A DNA stretch of 64,000 nucleotides, taken from the NCBI GenBank assembly GCA_030429765.1, contig JAUIER010000004.1, positions 33,131 through 97,130 on the forward strand, written 5' to 3'. The translations under genes were made by a program, and so were the position numbers. Shown in pieces: positions 19,688-27,881 of the stretch (positions within the stretch are counted from its first letter, which is position 1; each line of letters begins with the position of its first letter). The notes below the pieces were generated by a model. That model was not told the DNA's origin and made no database searches. It was given only the letters and a program-made list of their open reading frames with translations. Source of the DNA: a bacterium (lineage in GTDB: Bacteria; Omnitrophota; Gorgyraeia; Zapsychrales; Zapsychraceae).

Positions 19688-20153
19688 AATGTTTTAATGC
19701 CTTGATAATGGTGTTTGGAGCGAATCCTCGTCGCTGTAAATAGTCGTATATACGTTTTCGTCGTTTCTCCGGATCAATGTTGTCGTACTTCTGCGCCCGA
19801 CGCTCGGCCAAATCACATACGACCTGCTCCTCAGAGAAGTCTTCATACCCCTGCCGCAACTCCTCATTCAATATATCTTCTTGAATGCCCTTGTTTCGAA
19901 GTTCAAACCGGATCCGGCTTCTGCCGTACGGTTTGGATTGGCGGTAAGCGATCCATTTCCGGGCGAACACACGGTCGTCGATCAAGCCTAATTCCTTAAA
20001 GTAGGCGACAACGTCATCCGCGGTTGTTTCCGGGATTTTTTTGAGTCGTAACCGGCTGCGAATCTCCTGCTCGCTGCGGAGTCGAATCTTCAGCAGCCGG
20101 TACACAATCTGCCGGGCCTGAGCCGTGATTTTCCCTGAATCACCTGGATTCAT
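19662..20153 (-). CDS. recX: regulatory protein RecX
   Basis: RLRSEQEIR, GLIDDRVFA, ELRNKGI, YLQRRGF; immediately after recA. Confidence 0.93.
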   Translation of the reverse strand: MNPGDSGKITAQARQIVYRLLKIRLRSEQEIRSRLRLKKIPETTADDVVAYFKELGLIDDRVFARKWIAYRQSKPYGRSRIRFELRNKGIQEDILNEELRQGYEDFSEEQVVCDLAERRAQKYDNIDPEKRRKRIYDYLQRRGFAPNTIIKALKHYDSQRNPQ

Positions 20154-20165
20154 TCGTCGTCGGCT

Positions 20166-21191
20166 CTAGGACTCGTTCTCTTTGGCCTTGATATCGGCCA
20201 ATATCTGCTTTTCAATCTTCGCCAGGATCTTCGCGTTGTTGTTCAGGAAGATACGGCTGTTCTCTTTTCCTTGACCGATCTTCTCGTTTTCATAAGAAAA
20301 CCACGCCCCGGACTTGTTAATAATATCCCGTGCCACGGCGATATCCAGAATATCCGCGGTCTTTGAGATACCTTCTTTAAAATGGATCTCAAATATGGCT
20401 TCTTTGAATGGCGGCGCCACCTTGTTTTTGACAATTTTGGCCCGAACCTTGGTTCCGATCATCTCGTCGCCTTTTTTCAAGGTCTCGATACGCCGTAAAT
20501 CTATCCGCACCGACGAGTAAAATTTAAGAGCTCGGCCTCCGGTGGTTGTCTCGGGTGATCCAAACATCACCCCAATCTTCATCCGAATCTGGTTAATGAA
20601 GATGATCGTGGTATTAGACTTATTGATGATGGCCGTAAGTTTCCGTAAGGCCTGCGACATCAGACGTGCCTGCAGCCCCATATGCGAATCACCCATATCG
20701 CCTTCAATCTCGGCCCGTGGTGTCAACGCCGCCACCGAGTCGATAATGATCAAATCCACCGCGCTGGATCGTGTAAGTGTCTCGGCAATCTCTAAGGCCT
20801 GCTCACCGGTGTCCGGCTGTGAAATCAATAAATCATCCAGCTTGACGCCGACTTTTTTGGCGTAACTGGAATCAAAGGCGTGCTCAGCGTCGATAAACGC
20901 GGCCACGCCGCCCATCTGCTGCACCTGATTAATGATACTCAGTGTCAGCGTGGTTTTACCTGATGACTCCGGACCATATATCTCAATAATTCGGCCGCGC
21001 GGTACACCGCCGACACCCAGCGCCAAATCCAGACTCATAGATCCCGTCGGGATGGCCTCAATATTCTTTGCCGTTGAGCCATCCAGCTTCATGATCGACC
21101 CTTGTCCAAACTGCTTTTCAATTTGGGACAAGGCCAAATCCAAGGCTTTTTTCCTGTTTTCCACATCAGCTGTTTTCTTTTGTTCAGCCAT
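20166..21191 (-). CDS. recA: recombinase RecA
   Basis: [37 protein letters not shown]. Confidence 0.99.
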   Translation of the reverse strand: MAEQKKTADVENRKKALDLALSQIEKQFGQGSIMKLDGSTAKNIEAIPTGSMSLDLALGVGGVPRGRIIEIYGPESSGKTTLTLSIINQVQQMGGVAAFIDAEHAFDSSYAKKVGVKLDDLLISQPDTGEQALEIAETLTRSSAVDLIIIDSVAALTPRAEIEGDMGDSHMGLQARLMSQALRKLTAIINKSNTTIIFINQIRMKIGVMFGSPETTTGGRALKFYSSVRIDLRRIETLKKGDEMIGTKVRAKIVKNKVAPPFKEAIFEIHFKEGISKTADILDIAVARDIINKSGAWFSYENEKIGQGKENSRIFLNNNAKILAKIEKQILADIKAKENES

Positions 21192-21242
21192 GATATCCTC
21201 CTAAAAGATTGGTGATTAGAAGCAAGGGATTTCGAGAAGGGA

Positions 21243-21271
21243 ATTATACATGAGAGTATATGGGTTGTCAA
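21243..21271 (-). promoter_or_regulatory. consensus sigma70 promoter of the recA operon
   Basis: TTGACA-17 bp-TATAAT perfect match about 50 nt before recA; AGGAGG SD precedes the ATG. Confidence 0.85.
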
Positions 21272-21432
21272 TGAATTCTGCCGAGTAAATTTCTTATAAA
21301 CCGCTGAAAAACATACCTTTACAATTCACCCCCAAATAACCGATCATTTCACAGGCCCCGATCGGCCAAATTCTGGAATATTCATTTTACCGTCCAATTT
21401 CAAACTGCTATACTGCTGAAAAAGGTTCGCTT

Positions 21433-23196
21433 ATGACAAAAAATTCTGCACTTTCCGCCGTCAACTGGGCCAGCTTGTTGCTGCTCGCCGTGATCGCGGC
21501 CTTTACCTTTTTCTTACCGGTCGAAACCGGTGATATCTGGTGGCATCTCAAGGCCGGCCAGCACATTGCCCGGACCGAGATGATCCCGAGCGTCGATCCA
21601 TTCCCCTTTGCCGAAGAACAGACGCCATGGATCCTGACCCAATGGCTGGGCAGCCTGTTTTATTTCCTCGTCCACCAATCATACGGACTGTTGGGCCTCA
21701 AGGTCGTTCGCGTCCTCCTCCTGTCTATCAGCGTTGGACTATTGATCCGGTATAGTTGGCGTCGATTACCGCGGAATATCGCCATCCTATTGGGGTTGAT
21801 TCTGATCCTGGCGATAGAGGACCGCGCCCATTTACGCCCACATGTCTTCAACTTTATCTATATACAAATTTTCCTGATCAGTCTGTTTGAATTTGGCCGA
21901 TCAGGTCGCATCAAATCGCTGCTCCCGATGATCCCCGCCGGGATTCTGTGGATCAACATCCATCTAGGCAGTTTTATGTACGGTGTGACAACCATCGGCC
22001 TGTGCCTGCTGGCCTCTATGGTGACATGGATCAACCCCCGAAGCACCCATCGGCCCAAGGTATCTCAGCCCCTGGGTTATGCGAATGCTCTCGTCGTGTT
22101 TCTGGCCTTGTTCGTCTTCAATCCATACGGGATCAATGGACTGCTGCATCCGCTGAAGACTCTCTGGCTTGAGGAATACATTCAGTTTCAACATCTAAGC
22201 CGCACGATCAATGAGCTGCAGCCTCCGGTGAATCTACTGTCCTGGACCTATGCCTGGGTGGTCCCTGCTTTAATCGCTGGCATCCTCGGTATTATCAAGG
22301 ACAAGCGCTTCCAATTTCGAAATATTCTCCTGCTGGTATTCGGGGTGTTTATGTTTACATATGGTCGTCGGGCGGGCGTCTTTATGGCGCTGGTCTGCCT
22401 GTATATCTTTGTGGACAGCTATGCCGTGGATCAAAAGTCAACCAAATTACCCAATGGTGGATTTATCACGGTGATGACACTGATCCTGTGCATTCTCATG
22501 GCATCGATCGGATGGCAGCGTCAACGGCAACTAATTTTTACGGACGGACGGATCTTCCGATTTCATCAACTGCTTACGGGACAAAACGCCCCGCACAGCA
22601 TCCGCGATCTGCTCAACAATCACAAGTTCGCCGGCCGCCTTTTCAATGATGACATCTACGGCGGCTATCTGATGTGGCACAACTATCCCGGCATTCGAAC
22701 GTTCAGTGACACGCGGCAAATTAATCTGAAGGCCAATCAAATGTACAATGCTGTTCTGCATGATCCACAACGGTTCTGGCCGGAAATGCAGCAGCACATC
22801 GGTTTTAAGGGAATTTTACTGGATGCCAATAAACTGGCAAGCCGTAAGGCGCTGTTATTCTTCTCGAAAAATCCAAATTGGGAACTAGCGATGATTGACG
22901 GAGACAATGTACTTTTCATGAAACGTGAATACACCCATGGACTATATGTGAACCATCTCAAATCACAGGACCAATTTATCCATGACTACCAACAACGGGT
23001 CGAAACCATCTTGAATGCGGGTCCAATCGACCGGCTCCGCTACAGCTATATGGAACCCATCGCCTCCTCGATCACTCTCTTTGAATTGGGATACAAGGGT
23101 GCAGCCCTCGAGCAGCTGCTCCTTTCTTTCAACGCGGCCAACACGCCTTATCAGCATGAAGCGGCCCGACACCTACTCAATCACTTTAACCGTTAA
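21433..23196 (+). CDS. multi-pass membrane protein, probable GT-C superfamily glycosyltransferase
   Basis: About 11 hydrophobic segments; GDIWWHLKAG in the first external loop; LWINIH; soluble C-terminal domain with LFNDDIYGGYLMW...FSDTR; own extended -10 (TGCTATACT near 21406). Confidence 0.6.
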   Translation: MTKNSALSAVNWASLLLLAVIAAFTFFLPVETGDIWWHLKAGQHIARTEMIPSVDPFPFAEEQTPWILTQWLGSLFYFLVHQSYGLLGLKVVRVLLLSISVGLLIRYSWRRLPRNIAILLGLILILAIEDRAHLRPHVFNFIYIQIFLISLFEFGRSGRIKSLLPMIPAGILWINIHLGSFMYGVTTIGLCLLASMVTWINPRSTHRPKVSQPLGYANALVVFLALFVFNPYGINGLLHPLKTLWLEEYIQFQHLSRTINELQPPVNLLSWTYAWVVPALIAGILGIIKDKRFQFRNILLLVFGVFMFTYGRRAGVFMALVCLYIFVDSYAVDQKSTKLPNGGFITVMTLILCILMASIGWQRQRQLIFTDGRIFRFHQLLTGQNAPHSIRDLLNNHKFAGRLFNDDIYGGYLMWHNYPGIRTFSDTRQINLKANQMYNAVLHDPQRFWPEMQQHIGFKGILLDANKLASRKALLFFSKNPNWELAMIDGDNVLFMKREYTHGLYVNHLKSQDQFIHDYQQRVETILNAGPIDRLRYSYMEPIASSITLFELGYKGAALEQLLLSFNAANTPYQHEAARHLLNHFNR

Positions 23197-23917
23197 AAAA
23201 TAGCCGGCAGAACCCAACAGTCGCGATCGCGGCGGTCTCGACCTTGAGGACGGTCTGACCAATACTCACCGGATGACATCCGGCGTTATGGGCATGACTA
23301 TATTCTGACGAGGTGAAGTCGCCTTCAGGACCTACGAGTACTGACAGGTTTTGATCCACATCAATGCCGGGCAACACAGATTTCAAATCCTTGACCTCAC
23401 CGGACAAACTCGGCATTAGTACCGTTGAACGCTGAATCAACTCCTCGATACAATCTTTAAATCCAGTCACGGGGTGGATGACGGGAACCGTCGCCCGGCG
23501 GGATTGTTTGGCGGCATTAATCGCGACTTTTTCATATCGCGCCATCTTCGACGGCAGCCGATCGGGCTTGATGATAATTTCAGTCCGCTCGGTCTGCAAC
23601 GGGATAATTTCGTCGACACCCAACTCTGTAGTCTTCTCAATAATTGTTTCAAACTTGCCGCGCTTGGGGATTGCGCAGGCCAGGATGATCACCGGTTTGA
23701 GAGATTCTTGATGCACCACCTTCACAATCTTGATCTTGACGCCTTGAGAATCGATGGACTGAATTTCACACTGCGCCTCCATCGCCCCGTTAAAAATCTG
23801 CAGCGGATCCCCTGACGTCAAACGCAATACATTCTTGAGATGATGCACCTCGGAGGCGTCCGTCAATGTGACAGAGGAATTTTTTTCAAGATTAATGTCC
23901 TGATAAAACCGATGCAT
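23186..23917 (-). CDS. rsmE: 16S rRNA m3U1498 methyltransferase
   Basis: HHLKNVLRL, EKTTELGV, AAKQSRR, VGPEGDF, VLKVETAA. Confidence 0.96.
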   Translation of the reverse strand: MHRFYQDINLEKNSSVTLTDASEVHHLKNVLRLTSGDPLQIFNGAMEAQCEIQSIDSQGVKIKIVKVVHQESLKPVIILACAIPKRGKFETIIEKTTELGVDEIIPLQTERTEIIIKPDRLPSKMARYEKVAINAAKQSRRATVPVIHPVTGFKDCIEELIQRSTVLMPSLSGEVKDLKSVLPGIDVDQNLSVLVGPEGDFTSSEYSHAHNAGCHPVSIGQTVLKVETAAIATVGFCRLFFNG

Positions 23918-23923
23918 AAAATC

Positions 23924-24514
23924 CTATCGGGAATGGGCCGGCGGGCTGACATCCATCGTTAATGTCATTTCGGGATTGGTTAGCGGATCTACAGGCGCAT
24001 TGATGTCATGCGCGGATAAAGTTAACGTCACCGAATCAAATCGTCCCCCGCCTCCGGTGTTGATCGTAAAAAAATTGGTATTGGTCAGTTGAAAATACTG
24101 ACGGTCGTCGGTCGATGCCGTGCACTCGGCTACACTCGTCGGTGGCATGGTCGAAGGATCAAAACATCGCCTAAGCACATCTGACGTCGACGACATCCAG
24201 CAGGCCCACGTGTCGTCGGTGTAATCCAGCGGCGTTAATGCCAAATCATGCCGGAAACAAATCGTCTCAAATGTTCCAGAATTGACCACAATGCCGGGAC
24301 TCAGCCGATCACCGATGGCCTGCAGGGCATCACGTTTGAGCGCCTTCATGGCCGCGGCCAGCTTCATATCGGTGTAACGCGTGCGTGATGAAGCCGATTG
24401 CATCTGACGTACCGACGTCGAGAACGTCATAATCCCCAACATGATTGTCCCGATAATCACCGTGGAAATCAACAGCTCGGTTAATGATAGTCCTGTTTGG
24501 TTATGGATACGCAT
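23924..24514 (-). CDS. minor pilin, PilW/GspJ-like
   Basis: Class III signal peptide QTG|LSLTELLISTVIIG; Cys-containing head domain. Confidence 0.75.
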   Translation of the reverse strand: MRIHNQTGLSLTELLISTVIIGTIMLGIMTFSTSVRQMQSASSRTRYTDMKLAAAMKALKRDALQAIGDRLSPGIVVNSGTFETICFRHDLALTPLDYTDDTWACWMSSTSDVLRRCFDPSTMPPTSVAECTASTDDRQYFQLTNTNFFTINTGGGGRFDSVTLTLSAHDINAPVDPLTNPEMTLTMDVSPPAHSR

Positions 24515-24846
24515 TAGAAATCAATCATGACGTTAACCTGCCGTAAATTTAATCCCGGAACATCCGCGATATTATAGGTAATCGCGTAACCGTTCACCAC
24601 TGTATTGAATGATCCGGTGGCCATAATCCCATTACTCCACATATCGGCCCGCACACCCTGATGCAAGGAGTCCATAAATGTCTTGGCCACATACGCCGCT
24701 TTAAGCTTTTCCATGGAATTGGAACCGGTGGGATGAATCATGGACAATGAAACATAGATGCCGAGAAAAGCGATGGAGAATATCGTCGCTGTCACAATGG
24801 CCTCCATCATGGAAACCAACCCCTCTTTATTATTCATTCTCAGCAT
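24514..24846 (-). CDS. minor pilin, PilV/GspI-like
   Basis: NNKEG|LVSMMEAIVTATIFSIAFLG pilin-like N-terminus, 110 aa, coupled to the PilW-like gene. Confidence 0.65.
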   Translation of the reverse strand: MLRMNNKEGLVSMMEAIVTATIFSIAFLGIYVSLSMIHPTGSNSMEKLKAAYVAKTFMDSLHQGVRADMWSNGIMATGSFNTVVNGYAITYNIADVPGLNLRQVNVMIDF

Positions 24847-24861
24847 CGATTCACCATCCTG

Positions 24862-25272
24862 TTACAGGCTGGGACAGGTCCCGCCGCCACAGCTTGGATT
24901 AGTTCCCGGAGCGATTGGAGCTTCCGTCACCCGTACTGTAAATCCATTCCAGGTTCCGTCAAATGTAAATGTCGATCCGTCACTGGTATAGTCGAAGGTA
25001 CTTCCGTCCTGTGCGATCAGGTTGATATTCAGCGCGTTGTTAATGGTACCTATATTGGTTTCATTGGTCGCCACCCAATAGGCCCCGTTCTGAGCCTCAT
25101 AGATCAGACTGGCTCCGTGCAGCGTGGTTAACTGCATGACAAGGTCTCGCTCATGCGACTTGGCAATCGACTTGGAAAAGTCAGGAATCGTGAACGCGGC
25201 AATTAAGCCGATTAAGGCCACAACGACCAGCAGTTCAATAATGGTGAATCCGGACCTTTTTAGTATGTTCAT
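24862..25272 (-). CDS. type IV pilin (minor/alternative)
   Basis: MNILKRSG|FTIIELLVVVALIGLIAAFTIP; C-terminal CGGGTC disulfide; start taken at ATG 25272. Confidence 0.9.
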   Translation of the reverse strand: MNILKRSGFTIIELLVVVALIGLIAAFTIPDFSKSIAKSHERDLVMQLTTLHGASLIYEAQNGAYWVATNETNIGTINNALNINLIAQDGSTFDYTSDGSTFTFDGTWNGFTVRVTEAPIAPGTNPSCGGGTCPSL

Positions 25273-25273
25273 A

Positions 25274-25693
25274 TCAGAACCCCAACTTTCCGCAGACTGT
25301 TGTCGCACTGGTACATGCAATATCACCATCCGCGGTTATCGAAAATGTGTATAGCCCGCCGGTTCGTGTAATTGTCGCGACATCATCGGACGGCGTCGCA
25401 CCGGCCAAAATGCTCGCATCGGTTATGGCCGCAAAATGCTGAGGGGTCGGGATATCCACATCCAGATCGGCCAGTGTCGCCGTAAACAAGTTCCCGTTCT
25501 CATAATAATGCGTCCACTGCGCTTTACGCAGGGCCTCCAGTATCTGCAGGCCTTCGGCGGATTTGGTTTTTTCAAAGACCGTCGTGAAATTCGGCAACGC
25601 CACCGTTACAAACACACCGATAATGATGACAACCACCAAAACCTCGACGATCGTAAATCCATTTGTAGACCGGATGTTGGATTGATCGCTCAT
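25274..25693 (-). CDS. type IV pilin (minor/alternative)
   Basis: STNG|FTIVEVLVVVIIIGVFVTVALP; C-terminal C-x6-C. Confidence 0.9.
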   Translation of the reverse strand: MSDQSNIRSTNGFTIVEVLVVVIIIGVFVTVALPNFTTVFEKTKSAEGLQILEALRKAQWTHYYENGNLFTATLADLDVDIPTPQHFAAITDASILAGATPSDDVATITRTGGLYTFSITADGDIACTSATTVCGKLGF

Positions 25694-25719
25694 ATACAGA
25701 TCTTTCACGAAAGTTCACT

Positions 25720-25768
25720 AAAACAACAACATCGAAGCCCAGAGACTCCGAGCTTCGATGCTGTTTTC
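25720..25768 (-). terminator. long hairpin terminator/attenuator after the major pilin
   Basis: ACAGCATCGAAGCTCGG...CTGGGCTTCGATGTTGT followed by TGTTTT on the minus strand. Confidence 0.75.
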
Positions 25769-25796
25769 TACTTCTGTATTATGTCCTACGATACTC

Positions 25797-26213
25797 TTAC
25801 TTGATCGAACTAAACGATGTTGTCCCGGAACGAACTTGCCCTGTAGGACTGACAGCCAATACAACTGTACTTGAACCGTCCCCACCGTTTGTAGCATTAC
25901 GTGTCGCTGTGATGGTATACGTGCTTGGCGGTGAGTTAACCCATGCATAAGAAAAATGCGCGCCAGGCTCTGAACCCGGATCATCAATATCGACGTTTCC
26001 GAAGTTGTCACAACCAAATGAGTTGTTATTAACCATCGCACATCGGGCAATTGATTTTCGGATAACACCCAATGCATTTAACGCTTCAGTTGAACGAGAA
26101 AACTCGACAGTACTAAAGAAGCGAGGTAGCGCCAAAGACGCAAGTACACCAACGATAATGATTACGATGATGATTTCCAGTAGTGTAAAACCTTTAGTGT
26201 TTCTAATATTCAT
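25797..26213 (-). CDS. major type IV pilin (PilA-like)
   Basis: MNIRNTKG|FTLLEIIIVIIIVGVLASLALP; strong AAGGAG SD, AT-richer codon use resembling the ribosomal protein genes, own promoter and downstream terminator. Confidence 0.9.
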   Translation of the reverse strand: MNIRNTKGFTLLEIIIVIIIVGVLASLALPRFFSTVEFSRSTEALNALGVIRKSIARCAMVNNNSFGCDNFGNVDIDDPGSEPGAHFSYAWVNSPPSTYTITATRNATNGGDGSSTVVLAVSPTGQVRSGTTSFSSIK

Positions 26214-26326
26214 TTTCTTTACTCCTTAAAGTTCGAATTTTAGTTGTTCATCAGGTTATTTCGCATCCGCTATATATCGCGAGATTTCGAAAAAGGCTCG
26301 AGTTACGTGATACGCTCCAGCCGGCC

Positions 26327-26361
26327 AAAAAAAAGACCTATTCCACAACTGTAGAATAGGC
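26327..26361 (-). terminator. intrinsic terminator, riboswitch expression platform
   Basis: GCCUAUUCUAC-AGUU-GUGGAAUAGGU stem followed by C and eight U. Confidence 0.9.
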
Positions 26362-26367
26362 ACACAT

Positions 26368-26455
26368 TGCTATTGATAGCTGGCTGCCCAGGTATGTCCC
26401 TGGGCCCTTGGCTTTGTGTCCTACCCTTACGAGTAGTTTACCTTTGGCAATAACA
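26368..26455 (-). ncRNA. GEMM-I (c-di-GMP-I class) cyclic-dinucleotide riboswitch aptamer, G20/U92 variant
   Basis: UGUUAUUG-CCAAAG-GUAAACUACUC-GUAA-GGGUAGGACAC-AAAGCCAAGGGCCCAGG...CCUGGGCAGCCAGCUAU-CAAUAGCA: fully paired 8-bp P1, GNRA-capped P2, GAC/AAAG core and P3, in register with the Vc2 aptamer. Confidence 0.92.
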
Positions 26456-26477
26456 CTGATTTTTTATTTCTACAGCA

Positions 26478-26506
26478 GGTATAACATATAAAAATGACGT
26501 TGTCAA
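26478..26506 (-). promoter_or_regulatory. sigma70 promoter driving the riboswitch-pilin transcript
   Basis: TTGACA-17 bp-TATACC with TG extension, about 20 nt before P1 of the aptamer. Confidence 0.7.
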
Positions 26507-26630
26507 ACAAGCAAGCGCTACTATTTTATCGCGCGGCCTTTTGTCTTATTTTCTTGTAACCTAATGAATATAATTAATTTACAGCAGAATTACTGTATCG
26601 GAAAGAAAAAAGTGCTTTTTTTTAATATCC

Positions 26631-27869
26631 CTATCCGCCCCCTAATTGAGACAGATTGAACATCGGCAGGAACATGGCCAGGACGATCGTTCCGATCACT
26701 CCCCCCATAAATACCAGCATAAACGGCTCCACAATAGTGGCAAATCGCGACATAAAGGTCTCAACAATATCCTGGTAAAAGGCCGAGACATGCTTGAGCA
26801 TCTTGCTTAATTCACCTGTCTCCTCCCCAACCATGATCATCTGGACCGCCATGGGCGGGAAAAATCCGCTACGCTCCATCGGACCGACCAGAAGCTCGCC
26901 GCCTTTGACGCCCTCCTTAATATCCTGAATGATCAGCGCACACGTATGATTGTCCACCAATCGTTCCGAAATATCCAGCGCGTAGAGGATCGGGACCCCT
27001 GCGTCAATCAGGATCGACATCTGTGAGGTAAAGCGCTCTACAACAATCAGCTGAAAAATTTCGCCAAATGTGGGTAACCTGAAAAGAAACTTTTCAAACT
27101 TCATCCGGCCGTGATATGTCTTGATATACTTACGGAATCCCCATCCGGCCCCTACAAGGGTAAGGACAATTAGGAAAAACTTTTCCTTAATAAACTTAAA
27201 GATCGCTAGGAGCACAGTCGTGATCAGCGGCAGATCCGCCCCCATTTGATTGAAAATATCCTCAAACTTCGGCCCCACCACCAGCGCAAAAAACACCACC
27301 GCCCCGACACAAACACCAAATAAGATGATCGGATAAATGATTCCAGAAACAATCGATGATTTGAACCGCGCCTGCTGTTCGAGATAGAAGACCAGTTTAT
27401 TCAGAACGGTGGGGATCGTTCCGGACGCCTCCCCGACCTCGATCAGACTCACCCAAAACTGATTGAACACCGTGGGATGCTTCGCCAACGCGTCGCTTAA
27501 CGTGCTTCCCTGTTCGATATCAGCCCGAATTTGATTGAGGGCGTTGGCCAAAAACTCACTTTGGACCTGCGTCAGGATAACATCCAGGCTGCGAATCAGC
27601 GTGACCCCCGCCTCAAGCATCGTCGCCAGCTGTCGGGCAAAAGCAAGCATGTCCGTCATCTTGACTTTTTTATGACTGAATTTCTTTTCCGACTTCTTCT
27701 TGGACTTGGCGTCAGACCGTTTGTGACCGGACTTAACCTCATCAACACTCACGACAAAATAATTCTGTCGCTGCAATTGAGACACGACGGCGTCGCGATC
27801 ATAGGCATCTATGACATTCTTGAACGTTTTCCCGTTCTGATCACGAATTGTGTATGAAAATCTCGGCAT
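26631..27869 (-). CDS. pilC: type IV pilus/T2SS inner-membrane platform protein (PilC/GspF)
   Basis: FARQLATMLEAGV, GEASG, YP, VGEETGEL, EPFML...AMFLPMF. Confidence 0.95.
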   Translation of the reverse strand: MPRFSYTIRDQNGKTFKNVIDAYDRDAVVSQLQRQNYFVVSVDEVKSGHKRSDAKSKKKSEKKFSHKKVKMTDMLAFARQLATMLEAGVTLIRSLDVILTQVQSEFLANALNQIRADIEQGSTLSDALAKHPTVFNQFWVSLIEVGEASGTIPTVLNKLVFYLEQQARFKSSIVSGIIYPIILFGVCVGAVVFFALVVGPKFEDIFNQMGADLPLITTVLLAIFKFIKEKFFLIVLTLVGAGWGFRKYIKTYHGRMKFEKFLFRLPTFGEIFQLIVVERFTSQMSILIDAGVPILYALDISERLVDNHTCALIIQDIKEGVKGGELLVGPMERSGFFPPMAVQMIMVGEETGELSKMLKHVSAFYQDIVETFMSRFATIVEPFMLVFMGGVIGTIVLAMFLPMFNLSQLGGG

Positions 27870-27881
27870 ATGAGTACAGAA

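Noticed and set aside
25797-26213. Major pilin as an electrically conductive e-pilin, by analogy with Geobacter GEMM regulons
   Set aside because: Full-length pilin with only moderate aromatic content, lacking the Y27 equivalent; no multiheme cytochromes in the window
26368-26455. Classification as a standard GEMM-Ib (A20) cGAMP riboswitch
   Set aside because: The register from P1 places G, not A, at position 20; the deviation is at position 92
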